Below are positions 52,777-63,419 of a stretch of 64,000 nucleotides of DNA, in pieces. Made by a program: the position numbers and the translations under genes. Each line of letters opens with the position of its first letter. Positions within the stretch are counted from its first letter, which is position 1. The stretch lies in IMG/VR virus record IMGVR_UViG_3300001528_000358. The stretch is one strand, 5' to 3'. The DNA is from an uncultured virus (IMG/VR IMGVR_UViG_3300001528_000358). Its lineage: Duplodnaviria; Heunggongvirae; Uroviricota; Caudoviricetes. The notes under the pieces were generated by a model, which made no database searches, was not told the origin of the DNA, and saw only the letters and a program-made list of their open reading frames with translations.

Positions 52777-55518
52777 CTAATCACTATACCATACTTTTAC
52801 TTTATCTTTTAACAATGGTTTGTGTTTATCCTTTAATAAAATTGTACTCTGAAGATCATAGGTATCATACATTTGTATTGCTTTCTCATCTTCGATTTGG
52901 ATATCTTTTACCAAATAATGTAATTCATCTTTTTTGAATACATGGTTATTGGAATCTGCACCGATGTATAATTGCTTATCATACGCTGCAATATCTTTTA
53001 AATTAATCTTATCATCCAATTCATATTGAGAAATAATTTTTTTCACAATATCAGAATGTGATAAATTCATTCTATCGTTTGGAGCAATTAATTTATTTAC
53101 ATACCATGGTATATCAATTAAACGAATCATATTTTGGTCCTTCATATCACAAATATAAATGATATCAAGATCTAACATATCTACCGTAAATGATTTTGCA
53201 AACTTCACCAATTTTACAAGTAATTCTTGTAATGGTACTGCCGCATCATTTTCCATATATAAGAAATTAATCTTATCAATAATCGTTTTAAAACGACTAA
53301 TGATATGATTGATATAATAATAGATTGTCTCCTCAGAGATTTTTGCATTACCACTCATTTCATCAATTCGTAAATTATCATACGATAATTGAATGAGGCC
53401 TTTTTCTACTCTTGCTAAAAACTCCTCATAAGAGATTTTATTATCTGGGTACAATTCGCAATATTCCGCATAAGCGTCTTCTTCATTAAATTTAAAGATA
53501 GCAGAATATAATTTTGGATTTCTGTAATATAAATACTCAAAATAATTAAATGCGGTTCTTTTAAATCCCGTGGTTTTTCCTGTAATGGTAAAAACGGATT
53601 TTACTTCTTTCGAATAAAAGATGGCTCTTTGCAAAGTTTTAATGCAATAATACATTTCTTTATCTGCACAAGCTGTCATCTTTAATTGCAAAAATGCATT
53701 TAATTTTTTAATATTATCATACATCAAATTCAAAGTTTTAATCTTTGTATTTGGATCTGCATTTGAATCTATAGATAACACGGAGATATATGATGTAAAT
53801 AATTTTGCATCTTCTTCTCCAAGCATATCTTTCAATTTATTCGTTTCTTTGATTCCTTCTTCACTAAGAAGATAATCAAAATTAAAAGAGAAGGTATCGA
53901 CAAGATAGTCTTCGCCTCCCTCTGTATTTTGTAAATAGTCTAAGACATTAATTACTTGTGTAGGAATAGAAATAATCTCTCCGGTTAAATTATGTTTCTT
54001 TGCTACTAAGCAAATTAATAAAATAACCAAATCAAAAATTGGGACATTCACTCCATCTAATATTTTTGGTACAGATAATACAATGTCACTAATTTTTGAT
54101 TCTTGACTGATTAGTAATTTAAGAAGAATGATATTCTCAAAAATAATATCAGTCATACTATAAGAAAGTCCAAGAGAAAGATATTTCGTTTCCACAAAAT
54201 TGTAATCTACATCCCATTTTCTGTGATATAGATTTTGGTCTTCCCACCAGAATGGGTCGCCGGTTGTAACGTCCTCATATTCTACACGATTGATTTTTGA
54301 ATTAAAAGTTTGAATAAAATCGTTATTCTTTAACTCCTCTTTTTCAAAATAAATATCGTACATTGCTTCATAATCTGGAACAGTTTCTACTTCTCCAGTA
54401 TCATTATTAAACTGCTCTTTGTATTTAAAGATTGGAACTCCATAGATATCATATCGGTGTTCTTTCCCTAAGAAGTATTTATATACTTTCAGGTTATTAA
54501 ATCCTAAGATTTTTCCAATATCATAAATTACTTTGTCAGTTGCTTTGTTTTGAATAATAAGATTGAGATTTCTTACGATGTTATTTTGTGTTTCTTCGTC
54601 AATATCCAAATCGTATGGAATATTATAAGCATCATATAACATCTGTACCGCATAAACATCAAAGAAATTTCTTTCTACTTCAAAAGGAATTTGTTTCATG
54701 ATTAATTGCTGCATTGTCATTACCATAATACACATAGCAATAAACCGATCATAAAATTCAAAAAAAGAACGGAAGGTATTTACAAATACCGTATTGACAA
54801 AATAATCTCTGCATTTACCATACATGTCGGTAAATGCATCAAACACATTAGATTTAATATTAACTTTATCAAGAGCAAGAATTTCAAAATTCTTTGCTCG
54901 TCGAGCCTTTATTAAATCAATACGATTGGAACCTAAGTAATTTAAATAGGTTTCATCTGGATGAGCGTTCTTTAAGTTTTTTATAAGACCAAGACCATCG
55001 ACAAGGTTGATAATTCTATCACCTTCCCCATCTTTTATCTTATTATAATAATCTTGAAGTTTATGAATAGGGACAGACTTCTCTATATTATATGCCTTAG
55101 CAATATCGCTAGGGACATAATGCATTTTGTTTGGTTTTGTTTTTAATGGTGGATAACCATTGAGCATCCTATAATATTCGTTTTGTTCTTCGAATGTATC
55201 TAATACTCGTTGTCTTCGAAGTAAAAGCAAATCATTTCTTTTATCTTCTGGGACATAATCTACTTCACCTTGCAATACTTTTGTTATTATTCTATAATCA
55301 ATAATACCAACCGCATCTAATTCTTGTTTTGAATAATCGCGATAAGTATAGAAGTTATCTTTTTTCTGTTTGGCTTCTATCCATCCATCTGCAAGTTTTT
55401 TTGTTTCGAAGGTTTCATTTTCTTCTGCCAAATAACTATATTTGATTGTCATAGTTTGTAAAATCTTAATGAAATCTTTATAGATATTTGCCATTGGATT
55501 CATATTATTTAATCCCAT
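52777..55518 (-). CDS. putative baseplate wedge / virion structural protein (913 aa)
   Basis: EQNEYYRMLNGYP and RNLNLIIQNKATDKVI segments; late motif 55553-55565; AAGGAGG RBS. Confidence 0.55.
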   Translation of the reverse strand: MGLNNMNPMANIYKDFIKILQTMTIKYSYLAEENETFETKKLADGWIEAKQKKDNFYTYRDYSKQELDAVGIIDYRIITKVLQGEVDYVPEDKRNDLLLLRRQRVLDTFEEQNEYYRMLNGYPPLKTKPNKMHYVPSDIAKAYNIEKSVPIHKLQDYYNKIKDGEGDRIINLVDGLGLIKNLKNAHPDETYLNYLGSNRIDLIKARRAKNFEILALDKVNIKSNVFDAFTDMYGKCRDYFVNTVFVNTFRSFFEFYDRFIAMCIMVMTMQQLIMKQIPFEVERNFFDVYAVQMLYDAYNIPYDLDIDEETQNNIVRNLNLIIQNKATDKVIYDIGKILGFNNLKVYKYFLGKEHRYDIYGVPIFKYKEQFNNDTGEVETVPDYEAMYDIYFEKEELKNNDFIQTFNSKINRVEYEDVTTGDPFWWEDQNLYHRKWDVDYNFVETKYLSLGLSYSMTDIIFENIILLKLLISQESKISDIVLSVPKILDGVNVPIFDLVILLICLVAKKHNLTGEIISIPTQVINVLDYLQNTEGGEDYLVDTFSFNFDYLLSEEGIKETNKLKDMLGEEDAKLFTSYISVLSIDSNADPNTKIKTLNLMYDNIKKLNAFLQLKMTACADKEMYYCIKTLQRAIFYSKEVKSVFTITGKTTGFKRTAFNYFEYLYYRNPKLYSAIFKFNEEDAYAEYCELYPDNKISYEEFLARVEKGLIQLSYDNLRIDEMSGNAKISEETIYYYINHIISRFKTIIDKINFLYMENDAAVPLQELLVKLVKFAKSFTVDMLDLDIIYICDMKDQNMIRLIDIPWYVNKLIAPNDRMNLSHSDIVKKIISQYELDDKINLKDIAAYDKQLYIGADSNNHVFKKDELHYLVKDIQIEDEKAIQMYDTYDLQSTILLKDKHKPLLKDKVKVWYSD

Positions 55519-55620
55519 GCTTGCTTATTATACCTCCTTTTCCTTGTATTTATTAATCAAATGTCTATTTATTAAAATGACAATAGTATAATTAATCTAT
55601 GTAGAAAGGAGTTTTTATTA

Positions 55621-56265
55621 ATGGGAAAATCATTACCAGACATCATTTATGATAAATCAAAAATAACACCCGTGGTTGATTCTAATAATTCTTTTTATAA
55701 TATGCCATATTATAAAGGTGAAGAGTATTTTGAAAACTATGAGAGTTATGTTGCATTTATCAAAGGATGTGAAAGACTAGTAAGACAAAATGACAGATAC
55801 AGGAAATATATCAATTATTTAAAAAAAGAAGTTCGATTGGACCGTTGTCAGGTATTAAAAAATATCACCGATGAAGATGCTTCTATTGAAATGCATCATG
55901 GTCCAATCTTTACTCTCTTTGATATCTGTGCCATTATCTTAGAATATTTTATTATAAAAAAATGGAGAATCAGTACACCAAAGATTGCAGATTTGGTTTT
56001 AGATGAACATGCTGCAAACCGTGTTGGTGTTGTAATGGTAAGTAAAACCATGCATGAAGAAATTCATAATAACAATTTATTCATTAACTATCATATGATG
56101 TTTGGAGATGTGGAGGCATTTATTAAAAAATATCATAAAGCAATCTCAGAAGATTATAAACACCAAATCAATCGTTACATAGATAGATCATTACTATATG
56201 ATTCTAACGACTTTGGTATTCTGGAACTCAATAAATCATTAATGGAAAAACCGAAAGGAGAATAA
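55621..56265 (+). CDS. HNH-like (His-Me finger) protein
   Basis: RCQV..IEMHHGP..VMVSKTMHEEIH; late motif 55579-55591. Confidence 0.55.
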   Translation: MGKSLPDIIYDKSKITPVVDSNNSFYNMPYYKGEEYFENYESYVAFIKGCERLVRQNDRYRKYINYLKKEVRLDRCQVLKNITDEDASIEMHHGPIFTLFDICAIILEYFIIKKWRISTPKIADLVLDEHAANRVGVVMVSKTMHEEIHNNNLFINYHMMFGDVEAFIKKYHKAISEDYKHQINRYIDRSLLYDSNDFGILELNKSLMEKPKGE

Positions 56266-56267
56266 TT

Positions 56268-56723
56268 ATGACTATTTGGCAAACTTTAGCTATTATCATA
56301 GGAATTATCTTAATATTAAATGTATATTGTGGTATTTGTATCATCATTAGTAATGTGGGAAAATACCTTGGAGCAAAAGCAGAAAACATGAAAACGGAAA
56401 CTCTTCTTAAACGAGAAGAAAAAATTAATATCAGTAGGAATTATATTGATATGATTGATTATATTATTGGAAACGAAATTGCAAGAATATTGCAGACCTA
56501 TGCATTATTAAGGAATCGGTATGAAACTTTACAAATAGATGAAGATTTGGAAAAACTGGCATCGACAATTTATAATGGATTGAAGAAAGATTTCCTGCAA
56601 GATGACAGTATTATCTTTACAGAAGATTATATGATGAAATATATTACAGAACGATGTCGATTGTTATTATTTAATTCTGTAACAGAATACAATGCATCGT
56701 TAAGAATGCCAATCGATGAATAA
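56268..56723 (+). CDS. membrane protein with one N-terminal TM helix
   Basis: Hydrophobic LAIIIGIILILNVYCGICIII; AAGGAG RBS; hairpin 56722-56758. Confidence 0.7.
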   Translation: MTIWQTLAIIIGIILILNVYCGICIIISNVGKYLGAKAENMKTETLLKREEKINISRNYIDMIDYIIGNEIARILQTYALLRNRYETLQIDEDLEKLASTIYNGLKKDFLQDDSIIFTEDYMMKYITERCRLLLFNSVTEYNASLRMPIDE

Positions 56724-56760
56724 AAAAAGAGAGTATAGATAATTCTATACTCTCTTTTCA

Positions 56761-57447
56761 TTATGATAATTGATATAATAAATCCGAAATGGATTTAATT
56801 ACTCTAGCATCCCAGAGTGAATTGTGTTTCTCTGTTTCCCCCTGTGGAAGATATTTTTTCATGGCTTCGTCAACGACTGATGATTCTAACAACGGATCAT
56901 AGTCTTCAACATAATCCTGAAATATCTTTTCCATATATTCTTCACGGTTAAAGTCGAAAGCATCCTGATAATTAACCTCCATTGATTCTCCAATAATCAA
57001 TGAATAATTCTGGATATCTTCTATTAAGTCATGAACTACCGGAACGATATGGTCATCTAAATATAATGCTGTTTTACCACCGGTTAATAAATCGAATAAT
57101 AAAACAGAATCATATGCTGCGCAATCTGAAATGAATAACGCTCGGTTACAACTTTCAGATGCTTCTCCTCTCATTTCACTTAATACCCATCGGTTTAATT
57201 TTTCACCGATTTCTTTTTCTTTTCCAGAGAATCTGAAATTTTCTTTGTCTTCGTCATTTTCTTTAATATTAAGATTTGCAATAACGTGCTCTTGAATCCA
57301 ATTGTCTTCTTTCACAGATGGATCTTTTTCTGCATATTCTGTGGACTCTGCATAAAAAGTGTGACCACTTTCAGATACAACACCAATGGAAATCAGTGCT
57401 GTATTTTTCTTTAAGCCAGTAAATTCTGTGTCAAAATAAAATTTCAT
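56761..57447 (-). CDS. DEDDh 3'-5' exonuclease (Rv2179c-like exoribonuclease)
   Basis: FYFDTEFTG, LISIG, AYDSVLL, HNSLWDAR. Confidence 0.8.
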   Translation of the reverse strand: MKFYFDTEFTGLKKNTALISIGVVSESGHTFYAESTEYAEKDPSVKEDNWIQEHVIANLNIKENDEDKENFRFSGKEKEIGEKLNRWVLSEMRGEASESCNRALFISDCAAYDSVLLFDLLTGGKTALYLDDHIVPVVHDLIEDIQNYSLIIGESMEVNYQDAFDFNREEYMEKIFQDYVEDYDPLLESSVVDEAMKKYLPQGETEKHNSLWDARVIKSISDLLYQLS

Positions 57448-57460
57448 TTTTCTTCCTCCT

Positions 57461-57892
57461 TTATGCTGCAACGCAGCGTGTTTTATAATAAACCTGATAA
57501 TAGATTTCTCTTATTTCATCTACTCGTTTATCAAGTTCTTTATCAATATAGTACTCCATAAGCTGACGTACTTTATCCATGAATTCTACATCATAAATAA
57601 GGTCTTCTGGATTTGGAGAATTCATTACATGGTTAAATATAACTTCCACGTAATCTTCTTCAAATTCATAAATTAAATCAGCCATCATGTCATCCAACAT
57701 TTCTTCTTCCGGCGGATAAATCACATTCATAAATGGATTATATATTGCCGAAAGGCACATACCAATTCTCCATCGTCTTTCGTCTTCATCATAATAGAAA
57801 TCCATTTCAGACAATGTAATTTGAATTGGGTATTCATGATAAAATGTATTTAGTGTTTTATCATGAAAATCGATGTTTTTAATCTTATTCAT
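57461..57892 (-). CDS. acidic hypothetical protein
   Basis: AGGAG RBS before 57892; tightly packed operon. Confidence 0.65.
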   Translation of the reverse strand: MNKIKNIDFHDKTLNTFYHEYPIQITLSEMDFYYDEDERRWRIGMCLSAIYNPFMNVIYPPEEEMLDDMMADLIYEFEEDYVEVIFNHVMNSPNPEDLIYDVEFMDKVRQLMEYYIDKELDKRVDEIREIYYQVYYKTRCVAA

Positions 57893-57902
57893 TTTTTTTC
57901 TC

Positions 57903-58667
57903 CTAGATTGCAATTTTTACTAACTTCAATAATACATTGAAGTAGTTAAAAGTGATATCAACATCTTCAATATTATCAGCATCATAGTCATAATAATCAA
58001 TATCATCTTGCCCAAGAATGACATAATTACTTTTTGGATTAAAGCACCGATAATATCCAATGTTAAGTTCTTTATGCTTATATTTATCTATAAAACGTCT
58101 AAGAAAAGATAATACTCTTTTTTTATCCGACGTTTCCATCATCCTACAATATTGACACAAAAAGTCAATCATGTAGTCTTCATGATATTTGATTAGTTTA
58201 TCACTGATTCCTTTATAGGAATATTCTATCGGGGAATAATAAAACTCTCGCCTTTTCTCAAATTGAAGATACGAGGTATAATTGTGTTTTGGACGAAAAT
58301 CAATATATTCACCAAAATTGATATAATCACAAGTACGTTTTGTAAAAATGGCATCTTTCTTTATGCTGATAATATCATCATCCTCAATTTGATTTTTCTT
58401 AAAAAATAATTCTCTCGCATAAATAAATGCATTCTTACTTTCTTCTTTGTACTTTGGATTACTTCGTTGGATTTTACCCAACTCAATTTTTCTTTTTTCT
58501 TTACTCATATGACTCAGATTGCCAATAGTTTTTTCTGGAAGAAGCTTGAGTTCTCTTGCTAAAGAGAACCCTGCTTCCTTCATATCATATTCAATAATGT
58601 TTGCATTGAATAAATACGGAATGTTTGGATTGATAAACGAGTCTTTCATAAAAAGGTTACTACTCAT
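57903..58667 (-). CDS. small family-B DNA polymerase palm-like protein
   Basis: IIEYDMKEAGFS (motif A-like) and IISIKKDAIF (motif C-like); GAGGAG RBS before 58667. Confidence 0.45.
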   Translation of the reverse strand: MSSNLFMKDSFINPNIPYLFNANIIEYDMKEAGFSLARELKLLPEKTIGNLSHMSKEKRKIELGKIQRSNPKYKEESKNAFIYARELFFKKNQIEDDDIISIKKDAIFTKRTCDYINFGEYIDFRPKHNYTSYLQFEKRREFYYSPIEYSYKGISDKLIKYHEDYMIDFLCQYCRMMETSDKKRVLSFLRRFIDKYKHKELNIGYYRCFNPKSNYVILGQDDIDYYDYDADNIEDVDITFNYFNVLLKLVKIAI

Positions 58668-58902
58668 TTTCAATCTCCTCTGAATCATATTCATTAATTT
58701 GAATATTTTTATATTCTTTCTCTCCAAAGATTTCGATTTCTTCTGGATTGTATTTATTCCAGAAGAAACGCATTTTCGGATAAGTTCCATCGTTCTTAAC
58801 TTCATGAGCTGTAACAAGATTAACACCTTTGCAGATTCTTTGACAAAAATCTACAATAAATAATCTTGTTACATCTAGCCAAAAAGTTGATCCTTTTTTC
58901 AT
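58660..58902 (-). CDS. hypothetical protein (80 aa)
   Basis: GGAGGG RBS; fills the operon gap. Confidence 0.6.
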   Translation of the reverse strand: MKKGSTFWLDVTRLFIVDFCQRICKGVNLVTAHEVKNDGTYPKMRFFWNKYNPEEIEIFGEKEYKNIQINEYDSEEIENE

Positions 58903-58911
58903 AGTACCCTC

Positions 58912-59547
58912 CTAAAGATTAATTAAAAGAAGTTCTTTCATCTCAGTTTTTGTAAGCGTATCGCTATATAAACCTCGTTTCTTTAATTCTTTTTTCAATC
59001 TTTTCTTATCATAACTATCAACTTGTCGTTCGAGAGTTTTTCTTCCTCTCTTTGTCCGTTTATTTTTCTCTAAATTTATTTTAGAGGATTTTTTCAAAAC
59101 GGTTTTGCAAGTTTTTGCCACTTGTTTTTCATCATAAGTCATAACATCACCCCAATTAATATAATGGTGATAATTAATCATCGGATATTTAAATACTGTC
59201 TCAACATACTCCGCAAGCCAAGATAAGTAATCCAACTTGCTTTCACTCTTGGTACATAGAAAAACAATCGTATACCGTTCTTCAATTGAACCAAGGATAA
59301 GTGTTGCAAGTAAAGGAATCTGAGTATCTAATTGATTGAAGTATTCTTCCTTCATGTCATCTTCGTCGGCGTACTCGAACACCGAATTTCTCGGATAGAA
59401 AAAAGTGTAACCAGCAATTATGTTTTTTTCGTTACGCTTTTTTATTTTAGTAGACACAAGGATATACTGAGTATTCAGTATATCCTTGTCATCTTCTATC
59501 TCAAGATATTCGTTCTGATACACCTTGCTATTCATATAACAAAGCAT
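58912..59547 (-). CDS. hypothetical protein with basic C-terminus
   Basis: AAGGAG RBS; operon packing. Confidence 0.7.
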   Translation of the reverse strand: MLCYMNSKVYQNEYLEIEDDKDILNTQYILVSTKIKKRNEKNIIAGYTFFYPRNSVFEYADEDDMKEEYFNQLDTQIPLLATLILGSIEERYTIVFLCTKSESKLDYLSWLAEYVETVFKYPMINYHHYINWGDVMTYDEKQVAKTCKTVLKKSSKINLEKNKRTKRGRKTLERQVDSYDKKRLKKELKKRGLYSDTLTKTEMKELLLINL

Positions 59548-59559
59548 ACAGACTCCTTC

Positions 59560-60978
59560 CTAGTTGAACGCTGTGAATGTACCAACTTTTCCGTCACTAC
59601 TTCCACTTGTCTTCTGCTCTTCTTTTTCCTGTTTTTCTTTGTCAATAGTTTTGTTTGATGTCTGCATCATCTTTGCAAGACTCGCAGGATCAAAATTTTC
59701 ATCTAAAGGCTGTGAAGGATCATAGTCTTCTACCACAGGTTCTTCTGGTTGAGCAGGTTGAGGTTTTGATTTTGTATAGAAAATACCACTTGGTTTTTCT
59801 ACAGTTTCTTCTTTCTTAGGAGTTGGTGGTACAACCACTTTTTGTTCTGTTGGAACCGTTTCTTTTGGCTGTGATGAAGATGTTACAGCCGCGATAAACG
59901 TATCTTTCACATCTTCTTCTTTTGATTCAGGTTCATCCTGCTCCAAAGTCTCTTCCACTTCTTCTTCCTCTGGAACATCGTTAGGGTCGTCAACAGTTTC
60001 TTCTTCACCTTCTGTTAAATAATCAACGGTAGATTTAGTTGATTCTATTGCTTCTTCCATGTTCAAAACGTCCATGTCTGTAAATATTTTGACAATATCG
60101 TCTTCCATACTTCTTGTAATTTTTGTACCTGGATCATTGGTAAAGACTTCCACAAAATCTTTATTATCAATTCCATCTTTGTAGGCTTTGATGTAATCAG
60201 TATTTCCATATTGGAATACATTAGCTTCTGTGTTACTTAAGATGAAACCAGCAGTAAGAATCTGCAGAGTCTTTTCAAAGCCATAAGCTTTCTCGACTTC
60301 ATTGATTACTTCTGATGTATTTGATACATCGTAAGCAAATACATTATTGTCAGCATCTGCGGCAAACAAGAATCGCTCATAATCGTACTGCTTCACCTGA
60401 CGGAAATTTCTAAATTCATCTTTAGTAAATACTGCCGAAGGATGTCTAGTAAGAATAATGCCAATATATAATGACATCATGATGTTGCTCATCTTCGTGT
60501 CAGTATCATACTGCTTCATCTTTGCTTCATTCAAAACTGGATAATTGGAAAGACAATTAACCGTAAACGGAGCATAAGCATCCGCAATAATCAATTTATG
60601 AATGAAATCACGATACACGAAAACGACATCATTGCTGTCGTAATCTTCTTCGTCTTCATGTGACTCATTCTCTTCATTGCTGAAGTAACTGTTATTGTCA
60701 CCATTGCGACGTTTAATTTCTTCAGAAATGATTTCTCTGACATCGTCTTCTTCGTACTTATCTTCATCTCCACCTGTTGGATCATGGAAAATATCCATAG
60801 AAGATCTTCTCTGTTTTTTGAATTTCTTCTTTTTGTTCTTTTTACGGAACATCTCTACTTTCTTTTCGTCGTCTTCGTCTTCTAAATTTTGAGCAAACTC
60901 AATTGAGTTCTCTAAACGAGTCTGGTCCTTTTTCTGCATTTCAAGTTCTACCTTCCAAAGTTCATCTGTAAATGACAT
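59560..60978 (-). CDS. acidic, partly disordered hypothetical protein
   Basis: AAGGAGG RBS; E/D/P-rich low-complexity termini. Confidence 0.75.
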   Translation of the reverse strand: MSFTDELWKVELEMQKKDQTRLENSIEFAQNLEDEDDEKKVEMFRKKNKKKKFKKQRRSSMDIFHDPTGGDEDKYEEDDVREIISEEIKRRNGDNNSYFSNEENESHEDEEDYDSNDVVFVYRDFIHKLIIADAYAPFTVNCLSNYPVLNEAKMKQYDTDTKMSNIMMSLYIGIILTRHPSAVFTKDEFRNFRQVKQYDYERFLFAADADNNVFAYDVSNTSEVINEVEKAYGFEKTLQILTAGFILSNTEANVFQYGNTDYIKAYKDGIDNKDFVEVFTNDPGTKITRSMEDDIVKIFTDMDVLNMEEAIESTKSTVDYLTEGEEETVDDPNDVPEEEEVEETLEQDEPESKEEDVKDTFIAAVTSSSQPKETVPTEQKVVVPPTPKKEETVEKPSGIFYTKSKPQPAQPEEPVVEDYDPSQPLDENFDPASLAKMMQTSNKTIDKEKQEKEEQKTSGSSDGKVGTFTAFN

Positions 60979-61062
60979 AATTTTTCCTCCTTGTGTATGT
61001 GCATTTTTTTATTTTTTTCACATATAGATAGTATATTACTACACTATCTATATGTATATAAC

Positions 61063-61953
61063 TTAATAATCTTCATCGTCAGTAATACGACGACTCTTTA
61101 AGAATTTCTTTATTTCTTTAAGCTTCTCTTTATTTGTAAGAGGTTTATTTTCCTCTTCTTTTTCAATTTCTTTCTGAACATCTTCGGGTTCAAATTCTTT
61201 TACAATTTCAACCTCTTGTTCGGGTTTAGAAAGATTGTAACTCAATCTGCTGATATCACCAATCTCTTCTTCCTGAAGTTTTTTCGTAATTCGCTTACGA
61301 ATTTGTCCGAATGTGTATTTACGACCACAACGTGGACAATATAGATTGATAAAATCTTTATCATATCTTAATAATGTTTTTCCGTCACAATGACATAAGA
61401 ATGTCTTATAAGACATATTATAGACATAGGCGAAATCTAACATTACTAATTCACCATCTGTGCTTCTAGTTCCCCAATTGGCAAAGTTTTTTGATGTAAT
61501 ACCAACATCACCAATTAATAATCTACTAGAAATATCGGATAAGATTTCTCTCATCTTTTCTTGATTTTCCGGTTTCGTGAACGCCTCGTAATCTAATACA
61601 TTCACATACTCAGATACGCTAATCAAGCCATTCGGAATGCATTCATAGACTTTAATACAATATGGTTGCAATTCTTTTGCATAAAGAAATTCTCTCCGAT
61701 TGTCGATCATGCCATCTTTATCCAAAGAAAATTTAAATACATAACCTCCAATTAAAATTCCAATACGATTAGTACCAGAACCCAATCGTCCATATGGAAC
61801 ACCAAATCGTTCCAATAATTTTTCAATTACTGTACCACGTTCGTTATTGGTAGATGTAGCCATTTTGGTTACTTTGTACAATTCAATGTACAGTTCATCA
61901 CTAATGTATGTCTTTATTAATGATTTCATGATCTTTTTTTCTTTTTTCTCCAT
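61063..61953 (-). CDS. protein kinase-like protein with C-terminal Zn finger
   Basis: LGSGTNR (Gly loop), VFKF, NRRE, GDVG..NWG, MLDFA; CHC..CPRCG; GGGAGG RBS before 61953. Confidence 0.68.
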   Translation of the reverse strand: MEKKEKKIMKSLIKTYISDELYIELYKVTKMATSTNNERGTVIEKLLERFGVPYGRLGSGTNRIGILIGGYVFKFSLDKDGMIDNRREFLYAKELQPYCIKVYECIPNGLISVSEYVNVLDYEAFTKPENQEKMREILSDISSRLLIGDVGITSKNFANWGTRSTDGELVMLDFAYVYNMSYKTFLCHCDGKTLLRYDKDFINLYCPRCGRKYTFGQIRKRITKKLQEEEIGDISRLSYNLSKPEQEVEIVKEFEPEDVQKEIEKEEENKPLTNKEKLKEIKKFLKSRRITDDEDY

Positions 61954-62191
61954 TGTAGTCTTCCTCCCAGCGAGACATAATATCCTGTTCGTAATCTTTA
62001 AAATTATCATGTTCTGTTACAGAATGAAGAAGGATATTATCAAAGGATTCTCGATATTCCTTTTTGATACCTCTTACTCTTCTTCTTTTGATGCGTGCGT
62101 CGTCCGGAATATTTCTTGCTAATTCTTCAGTCCTTATTCTTCTTCTTTCCCTTCTTAGTCTTTCTTCTTCGTCTGGTATCATAGTCGACAT
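61901..62191 (-). CDS. small Arg/Glu-rich protein
   Basis: GGGGG RBS; bridges neighbouring genes with short overlaps. Confidence 0.55.
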   Translation of the reverse strand: MSTMIPDEEERLRRERRRIRTEELARNIPDDARIKRRRVRGIKKEYRESFDNILLHSVTEHDNFKDYEQDIMSRWEEDYNGEKRKKDHEIINKDIH

Positions 62192-63419
62192 AATAATCCC
62201 CCATCTTTCTCTTCTTTTTCTTCTTATCCTTAGATTTAACTCCGGTCAAACTGTCATATTCATCATGAAGTTTCTTCTTTTCTTCTGTCATTCGAGTTAG
62301 TCGTTTCTTAATCTTTTTGATATTCTTTTCTGTCCTTCTCTTTTGCTCTCTTCGTTTCTCTAATTCTTTTTCATTGTCATAGAGTTTACGAATATTCCAT
62401 CCGCTTGATTGTAGGACCTCTTTTACTTCAAGCTCATTAATCTCTTCCATCGATTTCATTTTGCCTGAGTAATTTTCTTTGATATGCTCATCATTCCATT
62501 GACGTAATCGGAACATATAGCTATCAAATTCATCATCATCTAATAAATCGCCTTTATATACAGGCATCACATTATTAGAGCTATTTTTGAAATTCTGTTG
62601 AACATCATATCTTTGAATCTGTTCCATATCTTCATATGTCAGATTCGTTCCATATTCAGAAGCAATATCTGCATCATCACGGGATTTCTTGTAATGTTTC
62701 AATCCCACAATTACTTCCGGATATTCCTTGAATAATTTTTTGCTTTTATTTTCTGCTGGTTCTGCAACTAATTTTCTATCCAAAATATTATTACAGAACT
62801 TAATATCATTCTCTTTATCTTTTGAATGATCTAAAAGATGTTTTAACTCTTTCTCATCAAAAAGAGAATCGTAATATGCATGAAGTTGTTCTTCAGTCAT
62901 ATATTCATCATCATCTTTTGTTTCAAGAATTTCTTTTGAATCTCTGTCACTCAAGATAAAATCAACAACATATTTCCAGTTCAGTCTTTTTCTATCTTTA
63001 CCTTTATAGGTAATTCGATCAAGACCAGAAATATTTATTTCTCCATTTAGCCACTTTTTCTTAAAGACATCTGGAGAATAAACAAAGTTGTTTTGTGCAA
63101 CAAGATCAAGACAATATAATACGTCACGCATTGCGTCCACGTATTCATTAAGTTTATTATATTTCTTTTTCTTGTTATTAATTTTTTTGAAAGCGTCATA
63201 ATATTTATTTCTCGCTCTCAATTCATCCTCGGGAATATGATAATCATCACCGTAATCATAAACAGCTACGGTATCATATTCTTCAAGAAGACGGTTTTTC
63301 GTTTTTTCCGAGATATAAACATCTCGATGTTTGATGATACTTTTTGTTTCATCAATCATTTTTTGTCCGGCTTCTTTATCATTCGGATCATACGTTTCTT
63401 CAAAGCCTATCTTCATCAT
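62127..63419 (-). CDS. hypothetical protein with basic coiled-coil C-terminus
   Basis: GAAAGGGG RBS; TATATTATTT upstream (63452-63461, minus strand). Confidence 0.72.
   Translation of the reverse strand: MMKIGFEETYDPNDKEAGQKMIDETKSIIKHRDVYISEKTKNRLLEEYDTVAVYDYGDDYHIPEDELRARNKYYDAFKKINNKKKKYNKLNEYVDAMRDVLYCLDLVAQNNFVYSPDVFKKKWLNGEINISGLDRITYKGKDRKRLNWKYVVDFILSDRDSKEILETKDDDEYMTEEQLHAYYDSLFDEKELKHLLDHSKDKENDIKFCNNILDRKLVAEPAENKSKKLFKEYPEVIVGLKHYKKSRDDADIASEYGTNLTYEDMEQIQRYDVQQNFKNSSNNVMPVYKGDLLDDDEFDSYMFRLRQWNDEHIKENYSGKMKSMEEINELEVKEVLQSSGWNIRKLYDNEKELEKRREQKRRTEKNIKKIKKRLTRMTEEKKKLHDEYDSLTGVKSKDKKKKKRKMGDYYVDYDTRRRRKTKKGKKKNKD

Noticed and set aside
56268..56723. Holin assignment
   Set aside because: Only a single TM helix and no adjacent endolysin; insufficient support.
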